33,436 bases of DNA from Planctomycetota bacterium. GTDB lineage: Bacteria > Planctomycetota > Planctomycetia > Pirellulales > Lacipirellulaceae. The first letter of the stretch is position 1; each line of letters begins with the position of its first letter. A program made the position numbers and the translations under genes. The stretch is taken from contig JBCCXZ010000043.1 in NCBI GenBank assembly GCA_039190745.1, positions 1 through 33,436 on the forward strand. Reading direction: 5' to 3'. The notes below the pieces were generated by a model. It ran no database searches. It had not been told where the DNA came from and worked only from the letters and a program-made list of their open reading frames with translations. This document shows, piece after piece, positions 27,962-33,436 of the stretch.

Positions 27962-29091
27962 CACACGCACTCCTCTCCGCAGCAGGACAGGTCGTCCAGG
28001 TACATGCCCCACAGGCGGTAGTTTTCGAGTTCTTCAGCCGGCAGCCCTAGCGAGGTCGCAATGGCTTTGGCGACGACAGCGAAGCGCTGTCGGTATTTGT
28101 AGATGAAGCAGAATACGTGCTGCTCGTGTCGGACCGACGGACCGCACAGGAACAGCCCTGACGTCACGGTCGATTCGTCCTTGTCGCTCAGCAGCGGGTA
28201 ACCGTCTTCGCGAGGCTCGAACAGTTCGTCGACGAGTCCTAGGCTGCCCTCGAAGCCGGTTGCGAGCAGCGGCGGCGCAGAGGTCTTGAGCTCTCCGCCG
28301 TCGTCTGTACAGACGAGGTAGTCATCGTCCTGCCGTCTGACGGCGGACACTCTGCTGTTTGGGAGCAGCTCGATTTGGTCTTTGAACCACTGCTCTCGCA
28401 TCCGTTCGAGCGAGTAGGTCGAGAGCGCGACGCTGGGGTCGGATGATTCGTCGCCCCATGGGCAGCCGGAGTCGAGCAGCCGGGCACGCTTGTCGTTGCA
28501 GGCGAGGTGGAAGGCGGCGTCGACGCCGGACTCGTAGCCGCCGACGATGACGAAGTCGTCGCCGGGCAGGTCGCCGTACGACGCAACCGTGGCGGTGTGT
28601 CGGCAGTGCTCGGCGCCCTCAAAATCAAGCCGCTTCGGGTACTGGAACTCGCCCGCCGCCCAGATCAGGTGTTTGCAGTAGAGCGTCTCTTCCGGCGTGT
28701 CGAGCAGGAACACGTCGGCGGCCTTGGTCACGCGGATCACGTCGACGCCGTCTTGCACCGGCAGCTCAAAGTACCTGGCGACGGCTTTGAGGTGTGCGGC
28801 GTACTCGGCCCCGGTCGGGTGCTCGACCTGAAGGCTGTAGGCCGGCGAGACCCCGATCGCGATGGAGTTCAGGTCGAGCATGCCGATCGAGTTGCTCGGG
28901 AACGACGGCGTGATGAACCGAGTTTCGGCGGGCCAACGGTCGAAGGAGGCGCCGACGCCGTGACGGTCGATCACCAAGAAGTCTTTGATGCCGGCGTGCT
29001 TGAGCGTGACGGCGACGCCGACGCCCGCCGCACCCGCGCCGACAACGATAGCGTCGTAAGTCTTAACGTTTGTGCTTTTCGTGGCGATCAC
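27958..29091 (-). CDS. NAD(P)/FAD-dependent oxidoreductase with Cys-rich C-terminus
   Basis: VVGAGAAG, FITPSF, WAAGEFQYP, VGGYESG, ATGF, FCFIYKYRQRF, YLDDLSCCGEECVC. Confidence 0.92.
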   Translation of the reverse strand: MIATKSTNVKTYDAIVVGAGAAGVGVAVTLKHAGIKDFLVIDRHGVGASFDRWPAETRFITPSFPSNSIGMLDLNSIAIGVSPAYSLQVEHPTGAEYAAHLKAVARYFELPVQDGVDVIRVTKAADVFLLDTPEETLYCKHLIWAAGEFQYPKRLDFEGAEHCRHTATVASYGDLPGDDFVIVGGYESGVDAAFHLACNDKRARLLDSGCPWGDESSDPSVALSTYSLERMREQWFKDQIELLPNSRVSAVRRQDDDYLVCTDDGGELKTSAPPLLATGFEGSLGLVDELFEPREDGYPLLSDKDESTVTSGLFLCGPSVRHEQHVFCFIYKYRQRFAVVAKAIATSLGLPAEELENYRLWGMYLDDLSCCGEECVC

Positions 29092-29311
29092 AGATTGGCT
29101 CTCTTCGTCTCGACGTTGTGCCTGTCGAGCTCAACCTCGTTGGTCGGGTTGTTGCTTATGCTTACGCGTCCAAGCATCTGCACATGGCCGGGAGGCGACT
29201 AGCGACGGGACAGGAGGGGTGCGGTAGTTCGGCTGTAGGGTCTGCTAAGGCTGTGCAGCAATCGGGCAGCCATCGGCAAGAATTATTGCACAATCCTAGA
29301 GGGTAGCAACA

Positions 29312-29326
29312 TGCAATACGATTGCA
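29312..29326. promoter_or_regulatory. Candidate Zur/Fur-family operator
   Basis: TGCAAT-ACG-ATTGCA palindrome in an AT-rich patch about 220 bp upstream of an operon ending in COG0523. Confidence 0.65.
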
Positions 29327-29401
29327 AGTGTGGGGTGGCGTGCCTGTCTGTGGAACGTCCTCTACGCCAGTGCGCTCTAACCTGGGAACGGCGGCGCATA
29401 C

Positions 29402-29575
29402 GGGGGACCTCGCTCCGCCCGCTTTCGAGCAGCCGGAGCGTCTCCTCGATGCGAGAGCAAATGCCGCTCGCCCGCCGCTTGTCACGCGTGCCCAGCGAGC
29501 GGCTGATGTTCCGGCATTGATGCGGAAACGGACGATGTAGTTGGGTGACTTGCTTTCTCGATGAAGGCTGGCCAT
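29402..29575 (-). pseudogene. Frameshifted, truncated N-terminus of a tyrosine integrase
   Basis: MASLHRESKSPNYIVRFRIN, then a 1-nt deletion near 29514, then RNISRSLGTRDKRRASGICSRIEETLRLLESGRSEVP; resembles N-termini of planctomycete phage-type integrases; no catalytic domain. Confidence 0.7.
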
Positions 29576-29672
29576 CCCAAGAGACTAGCGGGTACTTTCG
29601 CAATTGTAGTGACTCCAAGATCCGATGGCGTCTATTGAATGTGAGGTATTTGCTAGCACGTCAATCACTAAA

Positions 29673-29696
29673 CTACTTATCGCTACTTATCGCTAC
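29673..29696. repeat. Tandem 10-bp repeat (CTACTTATCG)x2.4
   Basis: CTACTTATCG CTACTTATCG CTAC read directly. Confidence 0.9.
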
Positions 29697-30402
29697 GAAA
29701 CCGTTTCCGCGGGTTCCGTTGCTTTTTGGCACTGAAGCGGCTTACTCGCGCGGCGGGGACAGAACCGAGCCTTTATTGGCTGGTCTGTGGCTTGGAAACC
29801 GCGGTAAGGGTGGGCTTCGCCAGCGTTGCGGGCGGACAGAACGCGGCGGCCTTTTTGCCCGAACCGGTGTGCAAAAGCCGCATTCTTTTGGCCGATGGTT
29901 GAACGCACGGAGGCGGCTTTTCTAGGGGCTTCCGCTTTCGAAGACGGTCAGAACCGGGGTGGGTTCTGCAAGGCGAGAGCAGGACGCAGCGGACACAACC
30001 GGTCGGCCCGGTGCGCGAGAACGTCCGCGCAGGCAATGGGTGACTCGGATCGGTTGTCAAAGAACAGTTGCCGGGGTATCGGATTAGTGTATACCCGATC
30101 AGGTGACCGTTTTCTACAAGAATCCGGTTCGCCGGGCTCCTGTCGGCGTCTAACGTAGGAGGGTATCCGGTGAGGTAACGGCCTAGGTCCGCCGTGTTAC
30201 CGGTCTCCTTCCACCTCTAGTTCGCGGCAAACGGGATGCATACCAATATCGCGGTCGCGCGAGAGTATCTGCCGTTGTCGAATCGTTGAGCGACGGGAGT
30301 CGAAAAAACAGGCAAATCGGCTCCCCATCAACCCGCTTCACAGTCGCTTCGAGAACGGCGTCTCAGGACTCCGGCAGTCTATGGCGGGGTCTAGCGTTGA
30401 GA

Positions 30403-30867
30403 CTACTCCCCAAGTGCTTCGCGGATTCTGTTAAGGAAGAACTCGCCAAAGTCGTGTGCTATTTGCGATTGCTTTTGCGGGCCGGACCACCACTCAACCA
30501 CTGGGTGTTCTCCGTCGTCGGATGTTTGCGAGCAATCGGTCGCGTAGAGCCCTCCGTCGCCCGTGCTGCCAACGACAATCAGGCACTCGGGGAGCTGGAA
30601 GTTCTTGCGTTCGTCGAGCGTGTACCAAATGCCGTTGGGAATGGATGAGTGGACGAAGTTGTCATCGGTCACGCCGTAGAACTCTTCGCCGGCAACGTCG
30701 CCGCACCCGAGGCGGCTGAGGAAAGCCCGGTAGGTTGGCGGGAAGGAGAATCCCAAAGCCTGTTCGGCCTTCTCAAGTAGTGCGCCTGGTTTTGAGCCGT
30801 CAAAGTCAGCCTCATCCTGGTGCTGCTCTACGAGGACGAGTGCGTGTTCCAGGTCTGCCATGCTCAT
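30403..30867 (-). CDS. SMI1/KNR4 (SUKH) family immunity protein
   Basis: LEKAEQALGFSFPPTYRAFL, GEEFYG, TGDGGLYATD, IAHDFGEF. Confidence 0.92.
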   Translation of the reverse strand: MSMADLEHALVLVEQHQDEADFDGSKPGALLEKAEQALGFSFPPTYRAFLSRLGCGDVAGEEFYGVTDDNFVHSSIPNGIWYTLDERKNFQLPECLIVVGSTGDGGLYATDCSQTSDDGEHPVVEWWSGPQKQSQIAHDFGEFFLNRIREALGE

Positions 30868-31000
30868 GCGTTAGTCTTCAGGGGCGATCGGTCGCCTTCC
30901 TGGTTGGCAAAGGCATGTCTTTACATTCATCGATTGCAATGTTGTAGCCAATAATGGCTGCCCCAGGCATTTGCTCTACGAAACTAGTTGGCGGTGTTGA

Positions 31001-31546
31001 CTACGGGTACCACCTGGCCTCGGTGAGCGGGGTGAACTCAAAGCCTTGGATGTCATGCTCGGAGAAGATGTCTTTGACCTTCTCGGTCACGAGCTTGTAC
31101 GAATTCTGGCCAGTAGGGCAAAAGAAATCTGATCCATCCCACGACAACTCGTCGAAGAACATCCCAACACGTTCAGCAAAGCGGCTTTCGGGAGATTCGC
31201 CCGGCGCCAGTGAACTCTTGCCCGCGTCAAGTGCCCCGCACCGCCCTGAAATACTAAAGCCCACGTACTCAGCACAGACTTCACCGGCTTTGTTGTGCAG
31301 GACAATAGGATAAGTGGACCATCCCGTCAGGCCATGGTTCTTGAAGACTCTCTGGACAAGAGGACTCAAGTAAAACCAGGTTACTGTGCGCCCACGCGCA
31401 ATGTCTTCGGGTTCCGGGCTTCCCATGACCCAATTGGCGGATAATGCGGATTCCGGTATCCACTCTCCTCGGAGCAACTCGTAGTCGGGGGTCTCGTTGC
31501 CAAAGTCGGCATAGAAACAGTTGTTGCCGAGAGGCGCCTGCTCCAT
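31001..31546 (-). CDS. Probable cognate immunity protein (Imm11/DUF1629-like)
   Basis: Directly after the toxin stop; LSPLVQRVFKNHGLTGW, WDGSDFF, LVTEKVKDIFSEHDIQGFEF; lower GC than the host. Confidence 0.7.
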   Translation of the reverse strand: MEQAPLGNNCFYADFGNETPDYELLRGEWIPESALSANWVMGSPEPEDIARGRTVTWFYLSPLVQRVFKNHGLTGWSTYPIVLHNKAGEVCAEYVGFSISGRCGALDAGKSSLAPGESPESRFAERVGMFFDELSWDGSDFFCPTGQNSYKLVTEKVKDIFSEHDIQGFEFTPLTEARWYP

Positions 31547-31577
31547 GTAATACAGAAGATCGAAACCAGGGAAGGCT

Positions 31578-33295
31578 CTAGTACTGCCAGTCAAAACCAA
31601 ACCTCTCTGCTTGCTCTTTTCCAAACCCGATAATCTCTTCTGGTGTTCTCGCCCTACCCATGAACCTCTCCCATGCCTTTTGGTACTGGCCGCTTGCAGC
31701 TCTGTGGGCACCTTCTTCCCACCAAGCCCCAAACGCCGGGTCATGGATGTTGATTCCAGACTTCTTGAACTTACCTTCTAGGATCTGCGGGAACACGTGG
31801 TGGGCGTCGTATCCTGCTGGTCCTTTCTTTCCAAGCCCCCAAACAGTCGAGAGATTCTGCCGGAAGTTACCTTTTGTGAATGGGTATTCGAGGCCTTGGA
31901 TTCGATTAAGCAGCAGCCGTGACTTTGACGCTCTTTCGATTAACTCTCCACCCAGTCGGGCACCACGCACGACTAGGGTCTTCGCAGCGGAGGCAGCTTC
32001 GACTCCTATGCCGGCGGCGAACTTACTCCATCCGTGCGTGTCGGACCACGAACCTGCCTCTCCGTATTCTTGCGTAATTAGGCCACGAGACCAGTCCCAG
32101 GCCTCTGCATCGTACAGAGGCAGCCGGATCGAGCCTAAGTCGGGATCGAGGATTCCGACTTTTTCTTCGGCCCATGCGATGCCGTTGACGCCATAAGCTG
32201 CAAGGTTGTATCCTTCGCCGGCGATGTCTTGGGCCGCGTTGGCAAAGTTTACGCCTGCCTGAGCTAGCCCCTTGCCTGCTCCGACGGCGACATCGCCGGC
32301 CCACCCTGCCCAACCGCCGGCCCACTCGCTCCAGGACTGCTCACTGTCGGGGCTCTGTCCGCGGACGATCGCGTCGCTAAAACCGGTGGAGACGACTCCC
32401 GTGCCCACGGAGCTGGGCGCGAACGAACCGACCGTAGCGGCGTAGTTGAACAGCGGCGAGGCGATGTTGACCGTCGGCAGGCCGATTTTGAAACCGCCGC
32501 CGCCGGCCAGGTTCAGCGCCTGCCGGCCGAGGCTCAGGAAGTCGATGCCGGTGCTGAAGCCGTTCACGCCGACGCTGGCGTTGAAGAAGCCCCACGAGAA
32601 GCTGGCCGAGAAGAGCGGCCCGACGGCCAGGCCGGCCCAGAACCAAGGGTCGCTGATCGCGGTCTTGAAGGCGTCCTCGGGGTTGCGGACGATGTACTTG
32701 AAGGAGCGGACGGTGTCGTCGAGCTTCTCGCCGACGTAGTCGTAGGAGTCCTCAACGAAGTCGATGGTGTCGTCGTACGCTTCTTCGAAGAAGTCGCCGA
32801 TGTCGTCGAAGGCTTCCTTGACCGTGTTTGTGATCTTGCGGACCAGCTTCTTGAAGAACAGCCCGCTCGGGTCGTAGTAGTTGACGGGGTCGCCGCCGGC
32901 GTAGCGGTAGATGTTGGGGTCTCCGCCCGCCAGCCCGATGGGGTCTTCGCTGATGAAGCGTCCCTGCTGGGCGTCGTACCAGCGGGCCCGGTTGTAGTAG
33001 AGGCCGGCGTCTTCGTCCCACTCGCGCCCGGCGAACGCGGCGTCGACGGCGAGGTTGTCGAAGAGGACGTGGTCGGCGGCGCCGTTGGCGTCGAGGTCGA
33101 CTTTGAAGGGGTCGATGGCCAGCAGGATCTGGCCGTGGGCGTCGTACTCAATGTGGTTGGCCAGGTCGTTGGTGTTGTTGAGCACGTCTCGGACGTTGCC
33201 GGCGTGGTCGGTCGCCGCCCAGAAGAGCCCCTCGGCGGTTGCGTCGCCGGCGTCTTCGAATACCTCGTCGAACAGCGGGGCGTCTGTGCCGACGC
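31578..33295 (-). pseudogene. RHS repeat-associated core toxin, 3' part, with DUF2380-like C-terminal domain; 5' part separated by IS
   Basis: TDHAGNVRD, YDAHG, GLYYNRARWYD, GRFISEDPIG, YRYAGGDPVNYYDPSG; tip AHHVFPQ..GINIHDP..HR..YQKAWERF. Track start 33386 lies inside the IS. Confidence 0.88.
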
Positions 33296-33436
33296 TGGTT
33301 TTCCCCCCTGAAATTGAGCCGCGTGTTGTGAGAGGATCGCATCCGGGCGAAGCCCGGAAAGGATTCTCCGACGATGAAGCGAACACGGCACACGACGGAG
33401 CAGATCATCGAGAAGCTGCGGCTTGCGGACGTTGCC
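33296..33436 (+). mobile_element. Left end of IS3-family insertion sequence (IS407-like)
   Basis: Begins TGGTTTTCCCCCCTGAAATTGAGCC (5'-TG plus C-run) and is followed by orfA; exact boundary inferred from the pattern. Confidence 0.85.
33374..33436 (+). CDS. IS3-family transposase OrfA, N-terminus (partial)
   Basis: GAAAGGA SD, MKRTRHTTEQIIEKLRLADVA; not in the ORF track. Confidence 0.88.
   Translation, partial: MKRTRHTTEQIIEKLRLADVA

Noticed and set aside
29745..29775. Degenerate tRNA 3' end as att site (minus strand GGTTCTGTCCCCGCC)
   Set aside because: T-loop consensus broken and no acceptor stem; no tRNA or rRNA gene recognised in the window.
30868..31000. Remnant toxin C-terminus upstream of the SMI1/KNR4 gene
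   Set aside because: Translation of the three minus frames shows no recognisable toxin motif.

Overview
High-GC bacterial DNA, very probably a planctomycete (Pirellulales/Lacipirellulaceae-like), inferred from PEP-CTERM proteins with a dockerin-like pair, a DUF1559 H-X9-DG protein and an H4MPT/methanofuran C1 gene. Left to right: (1) tandem PEP-CTERM paralogues, DUF1559, a small lipoprotein and an XylR-type regulator; (2) a MurNAc/peptidoglycan salvage cluster (anmK, MurK-like kinase, murQ, Na+:solute symporter, serine hydrolase-NamZ fusion, frameshifted FAD oxidoreductase); (3) a lone fhcA/fwdA; (4) a membrane protein and an ABC ATPase/permease pair bracketed by 57-bp direct repeats; (5) a sensor-less sigma54 activator followed by a sigma54 promoter driving a pseudo-receiver and a PEP-CTERM gene, divergent from a beta-barrel protein and a vitamin K-dependent carboxylase-like (HTTM) protein with a large insertion; (6) a five-gene operon behind a Zur/Fur-type palindrome (Cys-tailed FAD oxidoreductase, small membrane protein, two paralogous unknown WCWG proteins, COG0523 GTPase); (7) an integrase remnant; (8) an RHS toxin with a DUF2380-like tip and two immunity genes, cut by an IS3-family element at the right edge. 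The best candidates for an undescribed system are (6) and (5). All family calls come from motifs recognised by eye; no searches were run.
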